A stretch of DNA of 64,000 nt from Phoronis australis (taxonomy: Eukaryota; Animalia; Phoronida). The translations under genes were made by a program, and so were the position numbers. The stretch spans positions 1,987,992 through 2,051,991 of the forward strand of contig NMRA01000012.1 in assembly GCA_002633005.1 (NCBI GenBank), in the 5' to 3' direction. The notes under the pieces are model-generated. The model had not been told where the DNA came from. It did not search any database and saw only the letters and a list, made by a program, of their open reading frames with translations. This document shows positions 38,860-52,600 of the stretch, in pieces (position 1 is the stretch's first letter; every line of letters starts with the position of its first letter).

Positions 38860-38945
38860 CTCACGATAGCTCAGTTGGTAGAGCGCAGGGCTGTACGTGG
38901 TTTCCAGCGATCCTTAGGCAGATGATTCAAATCCGTCTCGTGAGA
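38860..38945 (+). pseudogene. tRNA-Tyr pseudogene
   Basis: CTCACGATAGCTCAGTTGGTAGAGCGCAGGGCTGTAC...ATCCTTAGGCAGATGATTCAAATCCGTCTCGTGAGA; anticodon-stem mismatches and B-box G53 changed to A. Confidence 0.75.
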
Positions 38946-39671
38946 AGTTACTCTTTTCACACTCTTTCCACGTAGGCATCCTGCTATAATTCCGAACAGG
39001 CACTCGAGCCGTTTTAAATTATTGACGACGACTTCTTACGTCTGTAGTTTGGTATTGGCAGTCATAGGGTCATTAGGGTCCCCGATGGGTCAAATCCTTC
39101 TCTCAAGAAATTATTTTCCTGTGACACTTTCAGGGTAGTTATCTAGTTCCATGAAATTTCAGAGTTTAGTAATTCACTACACTTCTCACGATAGCTCAAT
39201 ACATGTAGGTCAACAACATTTAAGTCAGTTGCTGCACTGGCAGTCAAAAGCACGTATACTTTACGGCCGCAAAATCACAAAATTCATTTTGCGGCGGAAG
39301 CATTAAATAAGCGAAAGTTATGATTTGGGGAATATGGTCCTTCGAACGCCAAGTTCAAATGCCTTCTGTAACCCGAACTGTTTTATTGAACGACGCCCTG
39401 TTGATTTCGTCCCTCGAGAATTCACAAATCCTAGCTTTATTGGAATTTCAAATGAAAAACTGGCGTAGCCCCTACGGTATGTGGGTAGGCGCGGGATGCT
39501 CCGCCATCTGCGAATTGTATAGAGAAGTGGGCACAAACATTGCTTTTTTAAAAAATTCACATCCATACCCAGATCTAGGTTTGCATACGGTGTATATTTA
39601 CGTACGGGTGTAAACTGAGTGCTATGTAACAGGGCTTCACACGCCAAACTTGGGTCCTTCACGGTCAACAA

Positions 39672-39757
39672 CTCACGATAGCTAGGTTGGCAGAACGCAG
39701 GACTGTAGTTGGTTTCCAGCAATCCTTAGGCTGATGGTTCAAATCCGTCTAGTGAGA
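39672..39757 (+). pseudogene. tRNA-Tyr pseudogene
   Basis: CTCACGATAGCTAGGTTGGCAGAACGCAGGACTGTAG...ATCCTTAGGCTGATGGTTCAAATCCGTCTAGTGAGA; D stem and acceptor stem disrupted; intron TTGGTTTCCAGCA resembles that of the 38860 copy. Confidence 0.75.
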
Positions 39758-40746
39758 AAATGTTCCTTTTCACGCTCAAACCACGTAGATATCTTACTAT
39801 ATTTCCGAGCAGGGATTTGTGCACTTTAAAATACATGACGACTCCTTACGTTTGTTGTTACATTTTTCAACTTTCATTATCGGCGCGTGGATTTTTACTA
39901 CAAAAACAGTTCGTTTTCATAACTGAAAAAGTCCTTATTTTACACAAAGACTGTTCTGAGTGGTGCGCATGTTGTATGATCGGTCACCGAAATCGCAGAA
40001 ACTTAACGGACGAGTATGTCAGTTGAAAGGTAGGAGAGCATTCGGAAAGAACAATATAGTCATTATTTAACAAAAAGATATAAAAGATTGTGTTTTTCTG
40101 ACTGTTTTTTGCGTACGTTTTTTGCAACGATTTGATGAAATGGGATGTTGACATATTTGTATTGGACCTATCCACGTAACTGTGACTTTTAAGATTAAAA
40201 AAGTGATCCTGTGGGGTGAAACGGCTCATTAACTAAAGTTGCGTATCATACGTCTGACCTGAACCAAAACCAATGAATTACTCAACTTTCTCTAGCGTAT
40301 CTGTGATTCATGTTGTCTATACACGTATACATAGTGCGCGACGCAAATAGCTTGACGGCAAGCCGAGCTTTACGAAAATCTGAGGTCACCAAACGAAATC
40401 TGAGGTCGCCATAACTTATGTCGGAAACGTCGACTAAAGAAAACGAAACAAAAAAGGTCGTGCCGTATTCCAGAGTCAGAAACTTACGCATACCGTGTCA
40501 ATTTCTTCCCGTAAAAATATGTAGTAATGTACATGATGACGCTACACGGAACTGGGCGATCTTCGTATCGAACGAGCACGATTCGACTGGAGCCTAATAT
40601 GGATTCACAAATAGACGTAATGATTTATCTATAAACTCGTTAAGAAAAGCGTTACTCGTTTGGACAATAGTTTGAAATAAAGAAAAAAGCGAAATATTAA
40701 TTAGTAATTAATTAATATGTTAATAGTATTTAATCAAAAGTGGTTA

Positions 40747-40893
40747 CACTGGCTGATCCAGGATATCGAATGGGTTAATCACTATTTTCGAAGGAAAATT
40801 TAATGACTGTTTAAAACAATGACGGGTATGCCGAGGGCGTAAAGTTTTTCATTTTTTGATCATGTCCGTAGAGGACCCCTCAATCCGCCAATG
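40747..40893. mobile_element. MITE with 5-bp TSD (CAGTGGCGGAT family)
   Basis: CACTGGCTGATCC ... AATCCGCCAATG; TSD GGTTA on both sides. Confidence 0.65.
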
Positions 40894-42619
40894 GGTTAAT
40901 CTATCAAGTTATCGAGAATCAGTTACGGATAGTTCAATAAGCTAACAACGACGCTACAGCTTAGGCCCCCGTACAAACTAGGCACCCCCACTTCGCGTAT
41001 CGGCCAGGGTGTGGTGGAGACAATTGGGGTTACCGGGAGAAAAGTAGCCTGGAAGCTTTAACCGACCGGGCGCCGGGGGATGAAATTTGCGACGACACTG
41101 AGGGAGGCGAGAATTGTGACAACTGGTGGGAGGGTTGTAAATGTCTTGACAAACGAGCCACAAAACACACGGTAACTTCGCTGTTGAGTACGGTGGTGTG
41201 GAAAACAGTTAAAAATTACTGACTTGTTGTTTATTAATTATATACCCGTCTCATATAATCTTTTTGATCTATTTTGAACAGCAAATTTTATACGAAAGTA
41301 GCAAATTACTATATAATTTTGTTTCAGCCGTTGCCTTGATAAAAGTCGTCACAACCCCAGAAGACAATGACCATTTACTCGTTCACCTGTTAAACAAATA
41401 CGTTCACGACAAACAAAGGAAAGTGGAGATAAGACTCACCAATTCAACAGGTCACTGAGTGGAAATCTTCGCTAGTTTCGAAATGAAAGCTCGCTGCTTC
41501 TGAGACTGGCAAGCCCCATATGCATAATCGCGTTACCATTAGAAATGGTCACAACAACAAATGTAGTGAATGGTACTTCAAATCTTTCGTTTATTTTGAT
41601 TCAGATTCTGCGGTAATAATTAAAGAGCTTCACTACAACATTATCATTCTCAAATTCGAATGATGGCTGGGATTTGGAGTGCTCAGTGCGGTCACAACCT
41701 GGAATCAGATCAGGGCTGTAAGAAGCTGGGGGACCGGGGAGCAAGTACTTTCCCAGTGTAGGAGTCAGATGAACCGGTGGCGACCGGCATACGGAGGACC
41801 CGAAGACACGACGAAAAGAGAAAGGGAAACGATTTAAGAAAACAATTACCAGCTGCTGGATTTACGCTTTTATTAGGGACACTCAGTCTAGCCAGCAATT
41901 TTTTATGCGAGGGGGGTCCCAGTGTTTTGAAGGTTAACAGACTTAAAGATTTTCCGGAGTTAGGCCTAATTGCTACTAAGATTGTTAAACTCACGGACCC
42001 GCCATCACGCGGGCTTAACTGCCGCCCAGAGTGCGTCGCGGTCTCTTTTTCTTTTTATTGTACATCACTTATTATAAATTGGGATCTTACACTTGAGGAG
42101 GAGCCGTGATGTAATGTTCCAATTGCTGATCATTTTTTTATTTCTTTAACTTTGTAGATTTTCCATATTTAGGGGCCCCATTGAGCTAGCCTTGGAGGGG
42201 TCCATTTGATGGTATTCATAATTCTTTCTTCTTCAGCAGGAGACGTTGCAGAAGGGGAAATTAAGGAATTACTTGCCTCTCTATCATGTATTAGAGAGAT
42301 CTTTTATACGGTGGCTCTATTGATAGTGTTCACAAAAGATGGCGCTTGTGGAGTTTGTACACTAGCGCGTTCTGTGTTAGGTCAAGAAATTAAACTTCCC
42401 GCCAAATCTGAGCTGAGGAACTTGATTTTAGCTTTACGTGTTTTTGTCAATATGTTTGATGCGAAGCAGATTTGTTACAATCGGAACGGACAACATTGTT
42501 TTTAAGATTTTCAGTAATTTGAGGTTTGAAGTTTTCTCAAGGAAACAGGGTGAATATATTGCCCAAATGGTCTTCAGTAAGCCCGGCTAGCTCTTAAATC
42601 CGATGGTGAGTCGTGGTTT

Positions 42620-42830
42620 ACCGGGCCAATCACAACCACGCAAACCAGGATTCTAAACCAGAAATTGACCAATTGCCGCGAACTCAAACCAGAAATCAAA
42701 CCAGAAATTATCGAATCAGCTCTCGAATCGCCAACCAGAAATTGGCCAATGAGGAACGATAGGCAAACCAGAAATTGGCCAATGGGAGACGGATCGAATG
42801 TAAACAAAACATCCAATATGGCTGCGCCCT
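42620..42830 (+). promoter_or_regulatory. Repeat array (6x AACCAG(A/G)A(A/T)T) with CCAAT boxes and a YY1-like AATATGGC; probable subterminal/promoter region of the downstream transposase-like gene
   Basis: Copies at ~42643, 42656, 42687, 42699, 42733 and 42766; three are followed directly by TG(A/G)CCAAT; AATATGGCTGCG at ~42815; about 0.8 kb upstream of ATG 43618. Confidence 0.5.
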
Positions 42831-43617
42831 TGGTACCAGTAGCGACGGGGTAGGGGTAGCGATATCGAGAGAATTTTAGTGCTTTTGTAAATTCCAGACT
42901 ACCGATACTTCTCAAGAGCCAGGATATGGTGGCCTTTAAGTGGTTTGAAAGGAGCATGGTCCATTCCGTGAAGTCTGAACCGCTTCAGCGTTGGAAACCA
43001 ACGACAATTCTATCGGGTCAACATTATGCCGGTAGGCGGCGGGGGCGGGAAATTCGTTTCTGTATTATGGAACATTTTTGCCGGGTAAGAAATTATTTCG
43101 TGATGCCTCTCGTAATTTCAGTTTTAATTGTGAGATCGTGTCCTAGGCCTGCAATCTCCTCTCCTGGACCACCAATTGCAATATCCTGAACTGATTATAC
43201 TGGCACTGTTGGGCTATAAAACTGAAAGGTCATGAATATTAATGTCACCTTACTGAATGTTAGGCCAGGCTAAAATTAATGCATCCCATGAATATCAATT
43301 TGAGGTTCGTGCAATTTCACTTACTTTGCCTGATTGATCTCTAATGCTCTTTGTTATTATGCAATTGTTCTCTGATCACTTCCTCCAACTACCTTCTTGC
43401 TGACATGTTCCAGCTGTCACTTGGAATTAATGATACAATGTAACCCCATGCTTGACACATTGGTGTCATTTGTGTTCTTGCTCTATACATTGTAACAACA
43501 CTTCATCCCAGCTGGTGTATAACTGGACGTTTGCTACCAATTGTGACATTTGGAACTTGACAGTTGTTCTGTAAGTTCTGTCTTTGCTAACTGTGGTGTG
43601 TTTTCTCATTCATAATC

Positions 43618-46600
43618 ATGGTTGGACCCCTTTACCCGCGTTTCCGGAGAAACGCCAACGGTGAGCTTGCGCTGCATGATTCTGATGCGGCAAAACAGAT
43701 TAAGGGGACTGAAAAGTGGTCTCCACCAAAAGCAGCAGATATTGTTGATCATGAGGCAAAGTTGCGAGTCAGAGGGCGACAGGGGGACATGGCTGATGAT
43801 AAAGATATTCTTGGTAAGTGCATTTTTTTTTTAAATTATGGTTGATCCTGGTCTGAGGTTTTCTGACAAAAATGTGTGACTGTATTGTTTTGGTATTGAA
43901 TGGTATCGTTACCAACTGAACAAAGTTGGAAGCAAATGCATCCAGAGACCAGAACCAACTGTAGTTGTTGCAAGTGACTAGAGGCTGGACAGTAAAAGTC
44001 AAGTAAATAGCAAGTACCGTTTGAACAAGGCTGCGAGGAACCAATTTTCACTGAGTAATGTCAGTCTCTATTACAAACAAGTTCCTGGTAGCCATTTTAC
44101 ACATTTACTCGGCTTTTACCACATTCGTTATTGTTGATTTTGCTGTGAAATGTTCTCATAAAACTGCAGAGATGTTATGGTAAGAATTGTTCAATTTGAG
44201 ACAACAACATTTATTAGAATACCACTATCAATGCTTGAAATTATAAAAAAATGCTACAAATAAAATTAAAGAAAATTCTGGAGAAATTATTTTGGTTGAG
44301 ACATTTGTTGAAAAGAAATTCACTTGTCTTAAGGTGTCTGCCATGTCATGTCCCAAATTGAAGCGAATGCTGCGCTGGTGAATTAGATTGGTATTCTGCT
44401 TAATAGTGTGGGTTTATATTGCACAAAGATGAAACCCGAGGTGGTTCGTATGATGTATTAAAAGCTTCTAATGTGATAGTACAAAAATCTAACATATAGC
44501 ATGCAAGTGAACCTATTCGACCAATCAGAATGTGCGCCAAATATAAAACTAACCAATGGGGAAGATAACCTTGAACTGAACAAGAGCAGTAAACAACCAA
44601 GCTAAACATATGTCAAGAGGCAACAATTAATAACTTTAAACTAAACATGTACAGGAAGTACCTAAGCTAAATAAACCAAGAAAACCTGTCACAAACACAT
44701 TCCAAAAAATAGTTTTCACCATTGGCCTGTTGGGATGGTGAAAAGAATTGCATACCTAGCAAAGTTTTCTGTCTATGATGTATCAGGGACACTGGTATTT
44801 AAGCAGTGTTGTAGTGAGACAGTATTTAGACGTAATTTTTACTATAGTGTTTTGCGAGGCAGAAAAATGGAACGGATTCAGTTTCATGCCCATTTGTGCC
44901 ATCCAAGTTTGTGTTTGATGATTATCACCCCAATCTTCGTATTTAGCTTTGCAATCGAGGGCAAATTCTGTTCCATTAGTGACTCACCATGTAGGCCCAA
45001 ATCCTCCGGATTGTTTTGAATTGTGCCAATCATTCAGGAAAATTGGACTAAACGGGTCCCTCTTTAAAATGGTTGCAGAGATCTAGTTTTCGCTGATGAA
45101 CAGTTATCCACTTTTACCAGTCACTTTGTAACTTCTGTCAACTAAATTTCTCATCTGTCTCGAGATTTCGTTCATCTGCTTAGGACCTTAACTCCATACA
45201 CAATCGAGGTGTCGCTCTGTGGAACATATTCTCAAATCACTTAGATTTTGTTATGACATGACAAATTTAATTTCACGATCTCGACTTTTCTACGAGAAAA
45301 CTTTGAGTGCCAGAACTGTACCCGATATTGTGTTTGTCTTTTGCTTCATGTTGACTATCATTATGGGTTTGTTTTATGCTTGTTTACATTGTTATGTATG
45401 TTTCTGTATTCCCACTCCGATTTAAAATATACCTTTTACTTACTTATTAGGGATGTAACAAAATATTTTGTAAGATGCTATCAAGTGTATTAGACCCCCC
45501 TTTGGTTGCTCTCCCCTTGCCATCATCTTCCCTTTTGCTTAACAAATCATTGTTCACACTTCTGTTATGTGAATTTTCTATGGGTAGTAGTGTAGTAATG
45601 CAAAGACGTATATTATGGTTAAACTGTGTTGCTATCTCTACTTAATTTTGTTGTGGTTAATGTAATGTGAATATTTTAAGTCAGATTCAGTTACCTTTAA
45701 AAATTTAATGTCTAGTGACCACGGCAATAATCATAGCATTCACAAGACAATTTGTTCTTATTCAATTCATTGACAAGTTGGTATTCCCTTGAGCACACAA
45801 TGTCCTTTTTATTTAAGCAACACAAAATCCTACATAAGTGGTGCAAATTACTAATTATTAACTCCTGTCTTATGTGGAGGTAGTGTGTTACATTCTTGGT
45901 TTTCACTGTTGAATAATTGCTCTCAAAACAAATGGCACAACAACATATGGCATTAGTCATAGTAGCTACAATAATAGATTATTCAGCGTGTGAAAAACAA
46001 TTCTCTGAAAACCAACAGTGACAGCATATGATCTTGTATCCTTGCAAACAAGTTGCTAGATGAGTATAAGATCTAACACTTCATGCATTGTAGTCTGTAA
46101 GGTATTTCGGAATAGTATGTGTAAATACTCTCACTATTTAGTATCATCACTTTATTTGCTTTCATCTCTCTTAGTCAAATTTTCATCATCCTTCGTCATT
46201 TATTTATCTAAATTCTTAACCTCTTTCAATTGTCTGCATTACCTGTATTTAATTATTGTTTTACTACTTTATTCTATCATACTATAATTTATATATTGTT
46301 GTTGTTGAGGGCCCTCTTGGAAAGGAGTGGTATCACTGAAGAGACCACCCTGATTGCACTAACTGTATTGTGGATAGAAATGTGTGTGAGTTGTGAGTGC
46401 TAAACAACAGCAATTATTGAAAGGCTGGCATATCGGGTTTCACTATGAGTAGACACTGGTCAGTAAACAAAAACACAAGGATGCCCCAAATGGTTATATA
46501 ACATGAATTGTTTTGCTGGGACAGTTGTACATCATAGGATGTAATTAATCTTGCATGATAATTCATGACTTGTTCTTGCTTTAGCCAATACAGTCTCCTG

Positions 46601-49600
46601 GTTTTATCTTTCCCCTATATTGACAGTTGTTCAACAAGTGATCCAAATAGTGTCCATTATGTTTGACTGAAGTTAGAATTCCATTCCTCAGTTCTACAAC
46701 TTAACCTGTAGTTGCAATACCAAATTCTATTAATTGATACCAATATGTCACTTTTGCAACATTGTATCTACCATTGAGAAATGATGCATTCTTTAAATTT
46801 TTGCAAGTGGTTTTCCTACATTCAAAGAACATTGCACGAATACTTTGCAGATTTTTCATAACTTTAATGTAAAGATTGTCAGTGTTATTTAAATTTGTTT
46901 TCATTTAGGTTGTCACACTTGCACTAAGCATGCTCACGCCTTGCGTACTATTTTACCGACTTATGCCAAGTTCCATTTATACTCTATGCAGTTTAAAAGT
47001 TAACAATTATGCTCTATGCTGTATTAAAGTAACTTCCCCTGATTATTATCTGTGAACAGAACAATTATTTTTACAGGAGAGTACACCCTTCAGAGTGGGA
47101 AATACAGGGGGAAGTCTTTCCGGTGGCTTTTGGAAAATGTCCCAGGGTATGTGGGGTGGCTGGTGAATCAAGTCAGCCAAGAGGACTCTGCCGAAGCAGC
47201 TACGAAATCAAGTCAACATCAGCTACGGAACAGGGAGTCTTTGAAGGCAAATTACTTTGTTAAGATCACTTTTTAGTCAATGATGTCCATTGTTTGTTTC
47301 CATTATTTCAACAGATTATGATTTTCCAACTAATCAGTGGTTAGTTCAAACTCATCATAGTTGCTGTAACACCGTTATGTTTTGTTACAAAACTTGTTTA
47401 AAATGCTAGAGACCCCGTCGTGATGCTATACTGAAACATTTAAAGTTATTGACTTACCACAGTCATACGCCTACTACTTCGTGGTATTGTATCGTGTGGT
47501 TTCTAATCGCACAAAATAATACAATTGTGCGAAAGAAATGAATTTACCTTTTCATTTTGTTGTTGATTCATACTTGGATTACATCAAATTATATCTCGTC
47601 TTATTCCTTTGTAGAAATATGTTCACATGTTTGAAGAGGGACGAGAGATTGTGAGAAGAAAGGCATCTTCGCAAAACCCAAATTACAAGAGCCTGATGAT
47701 AGGAAAGTTGGTTACACCCTCAAAGTTGGAACGAAGGATAAAGAAAATGTCTTCTCCGTCGAAGTTCAAACCCAGTAAATATTGCTATCTACGTTAAGTA
47801 ACTGTCATCTTGTTGTGATCCTGTGAAACGTGAATGTCCGTTTCATTGAAATGTCTGATCTGCTTGAATTGACATTGGGCCTGATTGGCCACGATTTTCT
47901 AAGTTTTGGGGTGATCTGTGATGTCAAGATTGTCATTTATACTATGAACACAATGGACTTGTCCATACATTATTTCTGCTAAAAGACTCATTCCTTATAT
48001 GCAGGGGTTTGTTATTAGTATTTTTGTTAACTCTATTTTGTTTTCTTAGATATTCCTACCCAAGAGGACTTAGAACTGGTGGAAGTTGTTGAAGCGCTCG
48101 AGGCTTCACAAAAGATAGAAACGGGTAATTAATCTCTTTTGGACGTAGTTACAATGTTTGCCAAAAGACTAACTATAGGCATTGTGATTACTGTTTCTGT
48201 ATTTTAAAATTTCTGACTAATGTTCGATAATTCCTCGTCATGACAGGCACCTACTGTGCAAATTAATTCTGCTTGTAACAGTCCATCGTGACTTGGAATT
48301 ATGCAAGCGCCAATTATGATCCATATTGATGATGACAGACTACCTCATTAACAAAAACGTGTATTTGAGATGATCATTATAACTTATCTTTCTGCCTGTT
48401 ACCAGTATCTTCACCAAGTCCATTGGTCACTTCCCGGCCATCATCTCTTACCAGACCCTTGACTCACGCATCTTCTATGATGTTGGGTGAGTCTTTGAAC
48501 CGATCAGGTCCTTCAATACATACAAGCCCTTTGACACTACCAGGTCCATCAACATGGCCAGATCCATCAACATGGCCAGGCCCATCAGCACAACCAGGCC
48601 CATCGACGCGACCGGATCCTTTGACAAGACAAGGTCCATCGTCACGACCAGGCCCATCGACACAACTAGGCCCATCGACACAACTAGGCCCATCGACGCG
48701 ACCGGATCCTNGTTGGAACGAAGGATAAAGAAAATGTCTTCTCCGTCGAAGTTCAAACCCAGTAAATATTGCTATCTACGTTAAGTAATTGTCATCTTGT
48801 TGTGATCCTGTGAAACGTGAATATCCGTTTCATTGAAATGTCTGATCTGCTTGAATTGACATTGGGCCTGATTGGCCACGATTTTCTAAGTTTTGGGGTG
48901 ATCTGTGATGTCAAGATTGTCATTTATACTATGAACACAATGGACTTGTCCATACATTATTTCTGCTAAAACACTCATTCCTTATATGCAGGGGTTTGTT
49001 ATTAGTATTTTTGTTAACTCTATTTTGTTTTCTTAGATATTCCTACCCAAGAGGATTTAGAACTGGTGGAAGTTGTTGAAGGGATCGAGGCTTCACAAAA
49101 GAAACGAGTAATTAATCTCTTTTGGACGTAGTTACAATGTTTGCCAAAAGACTAACTATAGGCATTGTGATTACTGTTTCTGTATTTTAAAATTTCTGAC
49201 TAATGTTCGATAATTCCTCGTCATGACAGGCAACTACTCTGCAAATTAATTCTGTTTGTAACAGTCCATCGTGACTTGGAATTATGCAAGCGCCAATTAT
49301 GATCCATATTGATGATGACAGACTACCTCATTAACAAAAACGTGTATTTGAGATGATCATTATAACTTATCTTTCTGCCCGTTACCTGTATCTTCACCAA
49401 GTCCATTGGTCACTTCCCGGCCATCATCTCTTACCAGACCCTTGACTCACACATCTTCTATGATGTTGGGCGAGTCTTTGAACCGATCAGGTCCTTCAAT
49501 ACATACAAGCCCTTTGACACTACCAGGTCCATCAATATGGCCAGATCCATCAACATGGCCAGGCACATCAGCACAACCAGGCCCATCAACGCGACCGGAT

Positions 49601-52600
49601 CCTTTGACAAGACAAGGTCCATCGTCACGACCAGACCCATCGACACAACTAGGCCCATCGACGCGAGCGGATCCTTTGCCAAGACAAGGTCCATCGACAC
49701 AACTAGGCCCATCAACGCGACCGGATCCTTTGACAAGACAAGGTCCATCGTCACGACCAGGCCCATCGACACAACTAGGCCCATCGACACAACTAGGCCC
49801 ATCAACGCGACCGGATCCTTTGATACGACAAGGTCCGTCTCTACCTCAGCCATCATCAGGACTAACTCTTGCTCCAGAACCTACATCAAGACCAGCAATT
49901 CCACTGGACACTAGTCAAGGTACAATCCATTATTATGAAAAAACAATTTTGCTATCATTTTCTTGTACTATCATTCTACAATAATTGACGTCAACAACCC
50001 TTACTTTTTTAATTTCAGTCTCAAGGTAATGTATGTTTATGTTTATTGACTAATTGCCCATTTTGCAGAGATACTATTGCTGGAAGGCTGGCGGAATACT
50101 CTCCCAGATGTTGACCACAAGTGGATTGCCAAAGCTTTCTTTGGACTTGGCCCCAGCAATCGAGTAGAGTTCAAGACAGAGCGCATCACACAGCTCTGGC
50201 ACAACCCTCCCCAGCCCACTCTCACTCCGGGAAGTCAAGTGGATAGGTTTTTCACTCACCGCCTCTTCTTGTGGATGCCTGTGAATCTCTGGGGTGTTTT
50301 GTTGCGCTGCCCTCATACAGAGGAAGGGAGCAATGTGATCTGTGGTGGCACTATGACTCGAGCGGGTATTCACCAAAAGACTCGGATGGTGGTGGACATA
50401 GACTCATATTACATCATCGCAGCTGAGTACCTGCGCTGCAATAAATGTGGCAGGAAAGTAAGTGTTGCAGAGATTCATGACACAATGGAATGTTAAAGTT
50501 TTGATGGATTTTTATTAATGTATTCCCCATGAGCTTTCCCTTTCAGAGGTTACACTACTGTTCATTGAACCTGTTTGCATAAATATGGTTTTGCAATGAC
50601 TCAGAGGTACATTTTATGTCTAAAATCTATTTTACACCAACCTTGAGCTCTTTAGATTGGTTGGGTAAAATAGACCAATTGATTTTAGAAATGTCACTCC
50701 AACATCACCATGTATTTTTAGAAGCATTTTCCTTTCTTTTTTGAAGTTTCACCATGAACATTTCAGATGATCTCTTGGGCCCATGACCTGTTGCACCAAC
50801 TGGACTATGATCGCCAGCTGCTGTTCCCGTGTGTCCTAACAGCTAAATATGCCTGCGATCTGAAGGTTGTCAGGTTGTTACGTCAGCGTGGTTTGGGGAA
50901 CAGCAGCAGCCAGGTGCGCCGTCAGCTCCAGGAGGAACACAGCGAAAGGCATCTCGTGAATCTCCACCACTACCTTAACAGCTGCAAGGCAATGAAAGAT
51001 TCTGGGCATCGAGGACTCATCACCCCTCCAAGGTTTGCTAAGCCGCCAGAGATGACTGCAATCCCACACCACCGCTGGTTTATCAAAGTTTACCAGTTGG
51101 ATGTTCTGAGCAGGTTGGACTTCATCAAAGCCAGCATTACATCCTTGTTTGGCACCGTCTTAAAGATGGATTCCACTAAAAAGATCACCAAGAAGTTAGC
51201 AGGTGTGTTGGGCTTGCATTGACTGAAATTATTCTATTCAGTTTGCTCATACCCATGTAGAAGAGTTAAGCAATGGTATACTTTGTTTATTTACATCGAT
51301 AATATTACAATTACATATGTATACATAAAAATATATGCACACGAACACACAACAATTTTCAAGATTGATATTTCTCAATATTTATTCACTGTTAAGTGTT
51401 CAAGAAATATTATCTCTCTAATAATTCCAAATGTATAAATGTATACACAAAAATATATCTTGCAGGAAAAAGTTCCAAAACGGCTATGTGGGCAACGAAC
51501 GTCGGCAATGAATTTGGTCAAGTGATTATGACAGTCCTCACAGCCAGTGAGGGACAGGGACTGGCAGCCATGATCCACGGTTTATGTCAACGATATCAGA
51601 CAGCTGGCATGACCCCACCCAAACTCCTGTATGTTGACAGAGACTGTTGCGGCGGTGCCAGTGTCATCAAGTATTTCCTGGCCTGGCCAGACCTGGTCAT
51701 CAGGTAACCCTGCAATTAAAATAGCAAAAATTAACGTTCTTGTATTTTTGAAATGTCTGTAGCAATGTCTTTAAAAATTGACCTCATGCAAGCATTGTAT
51801 ACATCCCCAAATTCATCCGTAGTATGGCTTAATGAAATCTGTAAAAACGACCAGTAAGACAATTGACTTTGATGTACATTAATCTCATTCGGTAACAACT
51901 ATATTGCCTTTGCTTTGTAACCTGAGACCGTGAATTACACTTCGTCATTGTCTTGCAATGATGAATGCCACTAACATAAGTTTTGCAGGAAATTGCAATA
52001 CAATTTAAATTCTCTATTACACGAACCAAGTTGCTTTATTTTCTTATTTACTTTTAGAAATGTATAATTCATTGAAAGTTTTATTGAAAGTTTTATTTTC
52101 GCTTTTCAGGTTGGATATATGGCATTTTATGAGGAGATTAGCTGCGGGCTGTACCACCGATGCCCACTCACTGTATGGCACGTTCATGCGTCGCCTCAGT
52201 ACATGCATTTTTAAGTGGGATGAGGGCGATGTCCAACTACTGAAAACAGCCAAAAGGGCAGAGCTACTGCTACAGAAGATTGGACAGCCATCGGAAGAAC
52301 AAGTGTCAAGAGCCCTCAAACCTGAAGAACTTGCCCTGCACTGTCGGAGGGTCACTCGTGGCACACAGGAAACCACTAGACTAATTTCAACATTGATAGA
52401 GTCCATGGATGGCGACAAGGGTCTGGACATCCTGGGCGTGCCCTTGTTCAACAGTATCAAGAAATGGGGAATTTGGGCCCAGCAGAGTCGCCATGTCACT
52501 TGTCTGCAGGACCCAGATGGTGTACACCTGTACACTCAGACTGGCACGCTAACAAAGGGTGGTATCGTTTTACCAACATACAGGTGTGCACGGGGATCAA

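Noticed and set aside
39185-39671. tRNA 5' fragment followed by unrelated DNA, as a possible tRNA-targeting (Dada-like) insertion
   Set aside because: No matching 3' half with a TSD and no recognisable transposase; simple decay explains it.
40964-41940. Harbinger-like left end (TTA-GGCCCCCGTACAAACTAGG) and piggyBac-like right end (GAAGG-TTAA)
   Set aside because: No partner terminus was found for either, so no element can be delimited.
49458-49914. Alternative-frame and antisense ORFs over the 18-bp repeat
   Set aside because: They are by-products of a stop-free repeat; only the GPST frame splices in phase.
50019-50025. Apparent 7-nt microexon (TTTCAG-TCTCAAG-GTAATG) in the transposase-like gene
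   Set aside because: Inclusion shifts the frame, whereas exon 5 joins exon 6 in phase without it; it could only be a non-productive isoform.
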